DNA of 64,000 bases from the human T2T-CHM13v2.0 reference genome, Homo sapiens, in the NCBI RefSeq assembly GCF_009914755.1, contig NC_060937.1; one strand, 5' to 3'. This document shows positions 13,434 through 26,597 of this stretch, piece by piece; the stretch's first letter is position 1; every line of letters starts with the position of its first letter. Both the position numbers and the translations under genes were made by a program. The notes under the pieces were generated by a model. That model saw only the letters and a program-made list of their open reading frames with translations. It made no database searches and was not told where the DNA came from.

Positions 13434-14560
13434 CATCATTGAACACTTGATAAACTCCTACTGATATGGCTAATGCTTTTCTTCTCCATACTGTAAAGAT
13501 CCTCAGAAGTCAGTTGCTTTTACCTAGCTGTGCTAACAGTAAACCTTCAGAGCCTTGTTTCAGGGTTGTATCATTTTTTTTTCTTCTAGATATGATCTGA
13601 TTTGCAGAGAGTTTGATCATCATGACATTCCACAAAGCCCCAGTCTTGTCCACTACATTGATGACATTGAGTTTATTGAATCTGATGTGTAAGAGGTAGC
13701 AATTACTATGACATAGTTTCGTAAGGTAAATTCTAGCCAGAATCTGGGCAGTAATTCCACAAAAATGCATGGATCCACCTCTTCATTAAAGTTTCGTGGT
13801 TTCAAATGTCTGGAATATGTCTATACTTGCCTCGAAGGTAGCAAATATATTTTTTCATTTTGCACTGTCACAAAAAAAATGTAAAAGCTCAATGCATGGC
13901 AGGGTTTTCAAGATTTTGGAGACAACATACCACAGTTGAGAGTGCTTCTTCAGCATATTTACCAAATCATATATTAAGGCTGCCTATATCTTTGAGAGCT
14001 ATATAGTAAGAGGTGACTTTTCAATAAATACAGGCCAAAGTACAAGATGCTCTTCTCCATGGCCTAATGATTCAGTAAATCCATTGATATTCAAAGTATC
14101 TGTGGTAAATAGAGATGCTTTATAGGCCATTCTGATAGACACTAATAGAAGAACCACAAGGACAACTTCTAGGATTTTGGAGTAAATCAATGTTCTCTTC
14201 TGAAAGTAAATTTCCTACTTCTTGAGAATTAGCTTCTGACTTACTATTAGCCCTTAGAAGAGAACAAACTGAAGATGACATCAGGTGACCATACAGTCTG
14301 CATTTTCCAAGTCAAACGCATCTATTAATAAAGTTGGATATGTGCAGCACCAATCTATCATTGAGTAAAAATGATATGTAAGAAAATGAGTTTGGGCAGG
14401 GCTAGGGGATAGAGTGTCTTTTGACACTGCTTCTTTCTGCATTGCTTCCCTTCCAACCATTCACACCTACGGCTTTATGGGAGTTTCATTCAACTAGTTG
14501 ACTAGAAATAAAACACTTCAGTCTGTTTTACAGTTTGTTCTTCAGGATATGCTGGTATTG
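13434..14560 (+). mobile_element. ERVL (class III endogenous retrovirus) internal pol fragment, reverse transcriptase region, degenerate
   Basis: Frameshifted motifs in ERVL order: D-M-A-N-A-F (GATATGGCTAATGCTTTT), QK..AFT, L-V-H-Y-I-D-D-I (TACATTGATGAC at 13654-13665), then F-W-R-Q-H-I-P (TTTTGGAGACAACATACCA, ~13914). Confidence 0.85.
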
Positions 14561-15963
14561 CCAATGCAGTTTCTATTTCCTTAATAGTTATTAATTGATA
14601 CTTATTCTTAAGGAACAGATTATATAAGCAACCTTGATTCCGTAATTTTCTAACATACTATTCTTGGTTTTATTTCTGTCATATAAACTATGTATTTTTC
14701 CAACAGCTTAAAGCCAAGTTTATCTTTTAATTTCTCTATAAGTTTCAATCACATTAATCCAATTGTCAACATTGTATCAGTTAATTCTTTTAGGTTATTA
14801 TTTTTATAAGGTCTTCCACAAATTTAAAAGCATGAATATTTTGCTTTTTTTAAAAAAAATAAACTTAAATTATTCTGTTTTTGACTTATTGTAATGCCTG
14901 AGTATAGTATTGAGAAAAATATTACTTACTTTTTCTTTAATTTATTTGGAATCATTCCAATATTTTATTATAAACATTAGATTTCTACTGCTTATCCTTT
15001 GCATGCAAACATACAAAGTCTAGGGGATTTTTTAGCCACTTTTTGCCACTTAACAACAACAAAAACAAAACAAAGAAATCTTAGTGCTTTTCTTTTTTTC
15101 ATACAATTGTATATAGCTACAATTTTTTAATGTTCTACCACTTAGTAGGTTAAAATAAATTTATAGAAAAATAAATGGGAGATCAAATATTCATACTTTA
15201 ACATAAGAACTATCAAGATACTAGAAGGCAAGAGTGATCTTATACATAAATAAGAGTTATATTCCACAAATCATAAAGGAAATATTGATATATTTAACAA
15301 CATTTTAAAGGGGCTACACTTACATCATAAACAAAGTAAATGAAGAAATAAATAATGGGGAAATGGGATTTTTAACTTATAAGACAACTTTGTGATTAAT
15401 TTTATATTCTAAATGTATAAAAATGCCATACAAATCAATACCAATGGAGTAAAGAAGCTTAAAATATAATAAAGTCAGACCTAAAAAACTATACAAATTG
15501 CTTATAAAGATGTAATAATATTTAGAATCACTTGTCAGATACATATGAAGTAAAATATGCAATTTTACACTGAGATTGGATTGGAAAATCTCTATTTTTT
15601 GTATTATATAGTTTTGTAAGCTATTGCATGGGAAATAAGATTTCTCATTTAACTAGATAATATAAATTAGAGGAGAACTTTGCAATCATTATTTGTTTTA
15701 AATATTACATGTTCTTGCAGATAATAAATAATCACTTAGGAATTTTGCCTACAATTTTGCATCTCAATAGAAAGCTATAAGAACACAGATATTCTTGATG
15801 CATTATTGGTAAAAGCAGAAGAGTGGTGAAAAACAATTGTATACCCACATTTAATGCAAACATAATAAATTTATGACTTATCTCATTATGTTATTTCCCA
15901 ATTGGATTTTTTCATAAGTTTCTTCTGATAAACACAAAGGATACCAGGAATTGACTCTATATT

Positions 15964-16255
15964 ACTGCTGTCCAATAGATCGTTCAATAAGGAAGAAAAT
16001 CTTGTTTATTTGTGCTTTCCAATATGGTAGCCACAAGCCACATGAAGCTATTGAGTACTTAAAATTGACTATTTCTACTGAGATATAATTTTTTGTTTTA
16101 GAGATGGGGGTCTCAAATTCTTGCCTCAATCTCCTGAGTTGCTGAGACTCAGGATTCCTTCATGCCAGCTCAGGAATTAAATTTACCTATTAATCAATAT
16201 AAAGTAAAAGTGGATAACCACATCGGGCTCAAGAATATCTTATTGGGCAGTGCAG
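15964..16255. mobile_element. MER3-like hAT-Charlie MITE, with a degenerate Alu-monomer-like insert (~16090-16172, - strand)
   Basis: CTGCTGTCCAATAGA...CCAATATGGTAGCCACAAGCCACATG...TATTGGGCAGTGCAG terminal inverted repeat (TIR) ends; insert reads TTTTAGAGATGGGGGTCTC...CTCCTGAGTTGCTGAGACT. Confidence 0.75.
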
Positions 16256-16284
16256 TTTGAGGTAAATGTTGCTTCTTTAGCCAG

Positions 16285-16746
16285 TGTATTAGTTCATTCT
16301 CACATTGCTATAAAAAAATGCCTGAGACTGGGTAATTTATTAAAAAAAAGAGATTTAATTGGCTTATGGTTGTGAAGGTTGTATGTAGGAAGTATGACAG
16401 CATCTGCTTGGTTTCTAGGGAGTCCTTAGGAAATTTACAACCATGGTGGGTGGCAAACAAGGAGTCAGCACTTCACATGGCTGAAGCAGAAGGAAGAGAG
16501 AGAGGGGAGTGGTGCCACACACTTTTAAAACAACCAGACTTTGTGATAACTGACTCACTATCAGAGAACGGCACTGAGGCAGTGGTGCCTAACCATTTTT
16601 GAGAACTCTACCCTCATGATCCAGTCACTTCCCAATGGACACCCCTCTCTAAGACTGGGGATTACAATTTGACATGAGATTTGGTAAACCTTGGTGACTA
16701 ATTAGAGTCTGGCTGATATGGTTTGACACAGAGCTAAATCATATGA
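16285..16746 (-). mobile_element. MSTA-like MaLR solo LTR
   Basis: TGTATTAGTTCATTCTCACATTGCTATAAA...CCTGAGACTGGGTAATTTAT...GGGGATTACAATTTGACATGAGATTTGG...AAATCATATGA; left TSD GCCAG (16280-16284). Confidence 0.9.
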
Positions 16747-16779
16747 ACCAAACTCTAATTAGTCAATAATTTCTGTTAA

Positions 16780-17347
16780 AAATTATCCCTCAAATATCTT
16801 CCAAATCAGCCTTCTCTTTCTTATACTGATGAATGCTTCTTTTAATTAAATTTTTATTTTTTTCACCTGTATTACTGTACCATCTTTCTAAATGAACTCT
16901 TGTCATTTAAAACCAACCCTAAATTCATCTCCTGAGATGTCTGTAAAATGTAGATCTTCGTCACTTCTATATTTGCAAACTTTCAGCTCCCCCAAGTTGT
17001 TAATATTTTGGCCCCAGATTCTCCCTTTAGCCTCACATGGCTGCCAAATCTTCAAAACTCATTTACCTTCCAGACATAAAGCTTCTTCTAAAATTCTCTT
17101 TATAAAACATCATGCATTTTCATGTTTCCAAAGTTTTGCACATTTGTATTCATCTTTCTGGAATGCTTTCCTCAATGTTTTCACTTTTGTTTCTTCATTT
17201 ATTCTTCAAAGACTAAGCTCACTTGTAACCTGCTGATAATTAACTATCCCCAGTTCTACAAGCATATTTGTTAGGGATGTCTCTTCACTGTTTATATAAT
17301 ATCCAGTCTTACTACCCCAGTGATAACTAATGATTCGACGAATAAAT
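16780..17347 (+). mobile_element. L2 LINE relic
   Basis: Pyrimidine-rich L2-like text (CACCTGTATTACTGTACC, TTTGCACATTTGTATTCATCTTTCTGGAATGCTTTCC) ending in GAATAAAT. Confidence 0.55.
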
Positions 17348-18337
17348 ATGGTCAAAACTAAAAGCTCAGTAGCCAAGAACTAACAACGTAGAATAAATAT
17401 TCTTCAATGTAAAAGGCAGAGTAGGAGAGAATCCCTGAAAATGGCAAGAATTGCTAGACATTAAATAAGACAGTAAATTTGATGGTTTGAGTTATTTTTT
17501 TCTTGTGATCGTCTTATTTTCACAGCCTATCAACATTTCTTCTTAGAAAAAAAGTAATGTTAGGATAAAAAATTTTAAGTAGGAGTGATTATAGCTATTG
17601 GGGACATAATTAATGAGATACCCCTCTTCTACTAGTCTATCTTTGAGTCATGCCTTTCTACTTATAATAGTAAGCTGACATCAGCTATAATAGGGAAATT
17701 ATCTTCTCTCCTGGTTCCGCTAGTGTCTGTAGAAAAGATGCAAAATTTCACCTACTATAGACATATCCCAAAGACATACCCAATGCCGCCTACATGTTTC
17801 TCTAAAAACCCATCTTTTACTCATTGTCACTACATTTCCAGTCCACCTACCAAGTCTGCATTAACTAATTAAACAAACAAGCACTGTTTGAGAGTCTACA
17901 GAATTACAAGAAACCTAAGCATTCACAATGTTTCTAGTTCATCAGGAAGCTCAGATTTTGATCTATCTTTGGTTGTTAATTTTTCTGTCACTCCAATCAT
18001 ATTATTTGTTCTGTTGTAGTGCATCTATTGCAGGTCCCATTGAAACTCAAGTATGGCTTATCACACTGATCTTCAAACCCAATGCATATATCAGTAATCA
18101 TACAAATAATAATAATGTTGACACATTACATTTATTACATATTTACTATGTGTAATTTACTATTCTGAGCACTCCTTTACGTTATGTGGTTTGGAGATTT
18201 ATAGTACTCACTAGTAACTTACTCAAGGGATATTGAAAGAGTCATACTGAGTAAATGCTATTAAGTATTCTATGATACCAGAAACAACCTTAGTATTGCA
18301 ACCTTTCAAATATAAACATATGTGAGTCAATCTGAGC

Positions 18338-18728
18338 TGTGGGTGGACACACTCTAGTGTAACCCCCAGGAAGTCACCTATTGTATAATACCATACCCTT
18401 GAATGTGGGCAAAACTGGAACTTGCATTTAATGGAATATGACAAAACGTGCTGGGGTATCTCTGCAGTGATTAGATTACAATACACTTATAAGACTTCAT
18501 TTTAATAAATTGTTGTATAGCTCTTCTCTTGCTGACCTTAAAGAACAAAACAGAGAGGTTGTGAAAATTTCTACAGAAAGGGCTTCATGGCAGGGAAGTG
18601 CAGGCAGCCTCTTGGACATGAGCATGTACTTGGAATCCTAACCTATGGAAACTGAAAAAATGAATAGGTATTGTTTTAAGTCACTAAGTTTGTGACAATT
18701 TGTTGTGTAGAAATAGAAAATTAATGTA
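18338..18728 (+). mobile_element. MLT1 (MLT1F-like) MaLR solo LTR with internal deletion
   Basis: TGTGG..GACACACTCTAG...CCCTTGAATGTGGGC...GAATATGACAAA...GTGATTAGATTACA; 3' end TTGTTTTAAGTCACTAAGTTTGTGACAATTTGTT...AATAGAAAATTAATGTA. Confidence 0.75.
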
Positions 18729-19439
18729 AGGGCTATCCTAAAAGGAAAAAGAATTTAACTTTGGGCCTTTTAACATATTCAGTCTCTTTAATAAAAGGTG
18801 GCTGGTTTTACTGTTACAAATTCTCAAATGTATATTTTCACAATTTGTAAGTATATTGATAATTATGTATTATACATTTAGACTCTCAATGAATTTTAAT
18901 CAAACTGAAAATGTTTTCTCACTTCCCTTCAATAATAAATAGTTGTTTATTTGAAAATGTCTTCTACCATGTCTTAATTTACAGTACCATCAAATATATA
19001 ATTGAAGGGTAAGAAAATTCTTAAATTATACAATATTAACCAACACATCCCATTTAACAGAACATGGCAATAATGTTTATCTCTTTTTGTTTAATTTAAA
19101 AAGTGTTTGTGAGAAGATGGCATAATGGAGAGCAATGAAATTACTCAGAAAGTGGTTTCTGTGAGACTTTAGTTTATGTTAACATCTTATTTTTCCCTCA
19201 GGTGTCAAAGATGTAATGTTAATATTAAAATTCTCATTGTCTTAAAGTTTCCTGAATAATAAACATTCAGGATGGAAACAAGTTGGAAAAGACAAACCAC
19301 ACTCCTTAATAATATATAATCTATAATAGGGAGCAGCTTAGTCATTGGCTTAAATTAAATATTCATTCATTGATAAAATATTTCTGTTCCTATTTATATC
19401 ATAAAATAATCAATACTCTTTAAAATTTTTCTTAATGTG

Positions 19440-21758
19440 TGATATGGTTTGACTGTGTCCCCACCCAAATCTCATCTTGAATTGTAGTTCCCATAATCCC
19501 CACATATCATGGAGGAACCCAATGTTAGGTAATTGAATCATGGAGGCAGTTACCCCCATACTGTTCTCATGATAGGAAGTTCTCATGAGATCTGATGGTT
19601 TTCTTAGGGGCTTTTCCCCCTTTGGCTCAGCACTTCTCCTTCCTGCTATCATATGAAGAACATGTGTGCTTCCTCTTCCATCATAATTGTAAGTTTCCCA
19701 AGGCCTCCCAAGCCATGTGGAACTGTGAGTCAATTAAACCTCTTTTCTTTATGAATTACCCAGTATTGGGTATGTCTTTATTAGCAGCACGAGAACAGAC
19801 TAATATAGTAAATTGGTAACACAGAGAGTGGGTGCTGTTATAAGGATGATTGAAAATGTGGAAGCAGTTTTGGAACTGGACAATAGACAGAGGTTGAAAT
19901 AGTTTGGAGGAATCAGAAGAAGACAAGAAAATGTGGGAAAATTTGGAATGTCCAAGAGACATGGAGGTCTCAGAAGACAGGAAGATGTGGGAAAGTTTGG
20001 AACTTCCTAGAGACTTGTTGAATGGCTTTGACCAAAATGCTGATAGTGATAAAGACAATGAAGTCTAGGTTTAAGGGGTTTCAGATGGAGATGACAAACT
20101 TGTTGGGAACTGAAGTAAAGGCTACCTTGCTATATTCTAGCAAAGATACTGGTGGCAGTTTGCCTCTGCCCTACAGGTCTGCAAAACTTTAAACTTGAGA
20201 GAGATGATTTAGGGTATCTGTTGGAATAAATTTTAAGCAGCAAAGCATTCAAGAGGAAGCAGACCATAAAAGTTTGGAAAATTTGCCACCTGATGATGCA
20301 ACAGATAAGAAAAACTCATTTTCTGGGAAGAAATTCAAGACTGCTTCAGAAATTTGCATAAATAACAGGGAGCCAAATGTAAATCACCAAGACAATGGTG
20401 AAAATGTCTCCAGGGCATATCAGAGACCCTTCCTGGCAGCACCTCCCATCACAGGCTTAGAGGCCTAGGAGAAAAAAATGGTTCTGTGGTCTGGGTCCAG
20501 GACCCCTGCTCTGTGCAGCCTCGGGACATAGTGTCCTGCATCCCAGCTGCTTTAGCTCCAGCTGTGGCTAAATCGGGCCAAGATACAACTCAAGCCATTG
20601 CTTCAGAGGGTGCAAGCCCCAAGCCTTCGTGGTTTCCATGTGATGTTGAGCCTACTGGTGCACAGAAGTCAAGAATTAATGTTTGGGAACATCCACCTGG
20701 ATTTCAGAGGATGTATGGAAACACCTGGATGTCCAGGCAAAAGTTTGCTGCAGGGGTAGAGCCCTCATGGAGAATCTCTGCTAGGGCAGTGCAGAAGGAT
20801 ATATATAAGGTCAGAACCTCAACACAGGGTCCCCACTGGGGCACTGCTTAGTGGAGCTGTGAGAAGAGGGCCACCATCCTGCAGACCCCAGAATAGTAGA
20901 TCCACTGACAGCTTACACTGTGCACCTGGAAAAGCTGCAGACACTCAACACCAGCCTGTGAAAGCAGCCAGTAGCAGAGATGTGCCCTGCAATGCCATAG
21001 GGGCAGAGCCACCCAAGGCCATGGGAGCCCACTTCTTGCATCAGCATGCCTTGGATTTGAGACATGCAGTCATAGGCGATCATTTTGGAACTTTAAGATT
21101 TAATGACTGCCCTATTGGATTTCAGACTTGCATGGGGCCTGTAGATTCTTGGTTTTGACCAGTTTCTCCCAATTGGAATGCCTGTATCCCCATTGTATCT
21201 AGGAAGTAACTAACTTGCTTTTGATTTTACAGGCTTATAGGCAGAAGAGATTTGCCTTGTCTCAGATGAGACTTTGGACTTGGACTTTTGAGTTAATGCT
21301 GGAATGAGGTAAGACTTTGGGGGACTGTTGAAAGGTTATGATTGTGTTTTAAAATGTGAGAACATGAAATTTGGGAGGGGCCAAAGGTTGAATGATAGGG
21401 TTTGGCTGTGTCTCCACCCAAATTTCATCTTGACTTGTACTTCTCATAATCCCCATATATCATGGAGGGACCCAGTGGGAGGTAATTGAATCATGGGGGA
21501 AGTTACCCTCATACTGTTCTTGTGATAGTGAGTTCTCATGAGAGTGGATGGTTTTCTTAAGGGCTTTTCCCCTTTAGGCTCTGCCCTTCTTCTTCCTGCC
21601 ACCATGTGAAGAAGGACATGTTTGCTTCCCCTTCTGCTGTAATTGTAAGTTTCTTGAGGCCTCCCAGCCATGCTGAACTGTGAGTCAAACCTCTTTCCCT
21701 TATAAATTACCCAGTCTCAGGTACGTCTGTATTGGCAATGTGAGAACAGACTAATACA
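19440..21758 (+). mobile_element. Complete THE1C MaLR element: 5' LTR 19440-19807, internal 19808-21392, 3' LTR 21393-21758
   Basis: Both LTRs start TGATA(T/G)GGTTTG(A/G)CTGTGTC and end GAGAACAGACTAATA(T/C)A; THE1C-type GTTACCC(C/T)CAT and GGGCTTTTCCCC; perfect TSD ATGTG at 19435-19439 and 21759-21763. Confidence 0.95.
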
Positions 21759-22159
21759 ATGTGTTATCTATTCTCATTGAGAATCTCATTCTTGGTACAC
21801 TTTGCATGCTTATCTATTTTACACATATTTTTCTTGCTATCTCACTATCTTGAGTCATAAAAGTGTGCATAATGAGAATAATTACTTTTAAGCTTGTGTG
21901 TCCTTCATTTCACAGTACATTTAAAATATCCAGTCTGTAAAAGGTTCAGAGTAACTTCCCTTTTTTCCTGAAATAACTACCAATTCAACAAGGTGTTTAT
22001 TGGTGGCAGCATGGTCCATTAACACAATCCCTCAGGACTTGCACTACTATGATGAACAGATTCTGCTATGGAAGTAACATCCCTGGCAATAAAAATATAC
22101 TCTCTTTTCAGAGCCATTACCTTCAGCAATTAAATCTCCTAAAAGTGGAAAACATATTC

Positions 22160-22325
22160 TTGAAAATTGCTGAGAGTAGATTTTGTGTTCTCACCACAAA
22201 AAAAGGATAAGTGTGTGAGGTAATGTATATGTTTATTAGCTTGATTTAGCCATTTTACACATCTTTCAAAACAGTCTGTACACAATAGGTATAGGTAATT
22301 TCATTTGACAACTAAATATATTATT
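22160..22325 (+). mobile_element. Short L1MA-type 3'UTR fragment
   Basis: TTGAAAATTGCTGAGAGTAGATTTT...TTCTCACCACAAAAAA...GTGAGGTAATGTATATG..ATTAGCTTGATTTAGCCATT. Confidence 0.8.
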
Positions 22326-22377
22326 AAAGTAGAAAACATTTTTAAGTCTTTTCACTAGGTCATCTCATTGGAAAATA

Positions 22378-22850
22378 ATATTTGTCTTTCTATGCCTGGC
22401 TTATTCCACTTAGCATAGTGTATCTCAAGTTCATCATACTGTATGACCTCACTTATATGTGAAATCTAAAAATGTGCAACTTATAAAAGCAGTGTGGAAT
22501 GGTTGTTGTCGGGAACTGGAGGTCGGAGAAATGGGGAAATGTTTGTTGAAGGCTATAAACTTTCAGTTATAAAATGAATAAGTTCTGAAGACCTAATGTG
22601 TAGCATGGTGAATATAGTTAAGAATACTGTTACTTAAAATATGCTAAGAGAGTAGATCTCACATGTCTTCACCATAGACATACACACATACAAAAATAGT
22701 AACTGTGTGTGGTGTTGGATATGTTAATTAATTTGTTTGGGATAATCATTTCACAATGTATACATTGTATACATACATCAAATCATCATGTTGTACACCT
22801 TGAATATAAACCGTTTTTGTCAATTATACCTCACTAAAATTGGAGAAAAA
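22378..22850 (+). mobile_element. L1MA9/10-like 3' end with inverted 5' segment (22378-22437)
   Basis: CTCACTTATATGTGAAATCTAAAAA...CTTTCAGTTATAAAATGAATAAGTTCTGAAGACCTAATGT...CAATTATACCTCACTAAAATTGGAGAAAAA, preceded by the reverse complement of the adjacent upstream L1 sequence. Confidence 0.85.
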
Positions 22851-23295
22851 TGAAGTGTAAATAAGGCAGTGACAGTGGGATATTTTTGCTTCCTTACAAA
22901 TAACTTTCTAATCTGACTTGCACTTTGAAGTTAGGTTGTTCCACCAAAGTAATTTTGTTCTTTTAAGAATTCCCTAATATTAACATTTTCAGTTTTAAAA
23001 TGCTTGTTTTGTAATTTTAAAACCTCATTTATTACTTCTGTTGATAATACTGTATAAAACTGCATGTCTCACCATAGCTGCCATCAGTAAAAATTAAACT
23101 TCTTCAGGTTAACTGCTGAGAGGTCACAAAAGTAAAGATTTGATAGAATACAAAGAGAAAGTTAAAGGAGAAATTATGGGAAAACATAAGGTTGTGGCAT
23201 GATGGCCACCTGCGGTGCAATGGACAGAGACAAAACCTAGATTCTTTCCAAGATGAAATTTAACAAACGATATAGCCCCTCACCCTTACACCCAC

Positions 23296-23296
23296 A

Positions 23297-23345
<49 letters not shown>

Positions 23346-23363
23346 TACATACACACACACACA
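23296..23363. repeat. (CA)n microsatellite
   Basis: Directly visible. Confidence 0.97.
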
Positions 23364-24658
23364 GTGCTGTAATCAATATGGTCTACAAAATAAAAGTGGG
23401 CAAAAAATAAACTATTTTTCAAAGAGAAGACATAACAAAACCTATGTATTTGACTTTTTAGTACTGAGAAGGGGGAGAAAAGAAATACATTCACCTTGAG
23501 ATGTGTAATACCTAGTGGACCATATATGATTTTTGTAGTCCAAAATTTCTAGACTTTGTAGAAAAAAATGTACATACCCAGAAAAATCTAAATAAACCCA
23601 AACTTATAAAAATACAATTATTTTCAAGGTGAAAATTTAATTGCAGTTCTCTAAAGCAATACTCTTGAATAACTAATGGCTACAAAGACAAATCCTCTCT
23701 GAAAGAATGTAACTTAACTCTTGTATCACAGTAATTCCAAAAATTCCAAGAAAACAAGTTATGTAAAATAAAAAACAAAATCATAAACCATGTAGAATAA
23801 TGTACCAAAAATGAAGGTCAGGGCAAAAAAAAAGGCAATAAGTTGAGTCAAAATTGTTAGACACTAAAATAATCAGATATAGAGTACAAAGTACATATAT
23901 TTAATACATATAAAGATAACAGAACATAATATAAGCTAAGAAGAGAATTCTACATGAAAAGTGGTAAAATACTTTGGGGGAAGAAACCCAATTTAGAAAA
24001 GAAAATATAATGATTCGATAATCATTCAATTGGTGGATCATACAGTCGAAATTAAAACGTGTAATAACATTCTATGTTGTTAAAAGCATGTAATTGAGGG
24101 ATTGGAATATACATAAGAAAAGGGACAATGGTAACTAGGAAACTGGTGGGCTAAAGCTGAAGGGGGGATGATGTCGAGATCTGAAGAAATTATCTTTTAT
24201 GCCACTCAGAGAGAGGAAAAAAAGAGAAGACAATATGAATAATAATATGAAAAAGAGATGGTGAAATGAAAGTTAGAATGGGAAGATGTAATATATAATT
24301 TATTGAAGTTGTATACAAACAAAAGTAAGAATGGGAAAGCAGAAATATCTAATGAGATAATAGATAAGAATTTGACAAGATTATTCAAAGATGTCATAGA
24401 CCTAAGAATTTTATCAAAACTTATAGGATAAGCAAATATCCTATAAGTTGTTTAAAATATAGATACATCATTGAAACTAAATACTATAAAGAGAATAAGA
24501 TATTAAAATCAGTTAAAGTGGGAACAATGATCTACAATGGGTTTACAATTAAAATTATAACACATTTTTTAATAGCACAATAGAGGCCAGAAGACAAAAA
24601 ATAATGTTTGAAGTTCTAAGAGAAAATGGTCTCCAATTTTCAATTTTATAGAGGGCTA

Positions 24659-24967
<309 letters not shown>

Positions 24968-25370
24968 TTTTCCCACCTATAGTATTTTCAGAAGTTAGTA
25001 GAAACATAGGACATATTTCTAATAGAGTCTCCAGTAAACTAGCTTTTAAAAGGTGTGCTTTACATAAGAGAAAAATAGTTGTCAGTGGAAATCTAAAGGT
25101 AAAAATTTAATATTAAGTGAAGACATTATAAAATAGTTTCATGAAATAAGATAAATGTTGATTCCATAGAATTCTAATTTTTGAAGAAAAACAAGATAGA
25201 ACTAAAATACTGGGACAAAAGGGCACATGAGTTGCAAAATAGTTTATTGGAGTTTAAATGTTCTAACATCTGTGTACATTTTAGGATAAGATAAAGATTT
25301 TGAATAACTTTAGATATGGTTGAATATGCATATTTATATAGGTATGTTAATCACTAAAAAAAATTAATAT

Positions 25371-25715
<345 letters not shown>

Positions 25716-26597
25716 TTAATATAACCTCAAAAGAAATTGAAGACAAACAAAATAAGAAAAAGAAGCAAGAAACCCAAAACAAATAAGACCCAGAAAAGAA
25801 GAAAATATATATGATTTTAAAGAGTGGTAAATAGAAAGCATAAGACTGAAAAACAAATTGAATTAAGAACTCTCCTTTCAAATCATATAAATGTTTAGTG
25901 TAAACAAAGTACAAAATCTAGTTATATTTTGCTGAAAAAAGGACACATCTAAGTTAAAAAGACTGAGTTATGTTGAAATTATAAAATACAAATTAGTTTT
26001 ACCCAGCAAATTTAAGCAAATAAAACTGATACACAATTTCAAGCAGGTAAATTTTAAAAGAAAAATATAGAACTAAAGAATGTAACAACATGAAAAACTC
26101 AATTTACAAGGAATATATAAACATTATAAATATATGAGTAAGAAATACCCTTAAATATGAAAAGCAAATTTGTAGCTCTTTTATATGAGAAATTGACAAA
26201 TACAGCAAAAAAAAAACATTTAAAACACTTCCATATTATATTGATTGATGCTCAAAACAAAAACAAGAAAAAATCTATATAGCAGTTTTAAGGAATCTAA
26301 TTAACAAATTTGATCTCTGAAACATGTATCATCAAACAATTAGAGAACATACTTATACATTTTCAGGCACATATAGAATATTTATAGAAATGAGTCCATA
26401 TGCTAAGTCGTAAAACTGAGCCTAACAAATTTCAAATGATTACTGTTATTGAGTCTATGTTGTAACTGGGTTAGAAAGTAATGATTTAAAAATACATTTG
26501 GAAATTACAAAACCTCATGTAAATAATGCATTAGTAAATTGAAGTACATAATTAAAATAAAGCAAATTGGACAGGATGATGGTAAAGTGATATTTTT

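Noticed and set aside
19185-19210. Acceptor-like TTATTTTTCCCTCAG|GTGTCA, a possible recursive splice site
   Set aside because: The reconstituted donor is weak, and I found no convincing downstream donor.
20274-21158. Three consecutive + strand ORFs resembling an operon
   Set aside because: They are broken pieces of the THE1 internal ORF.
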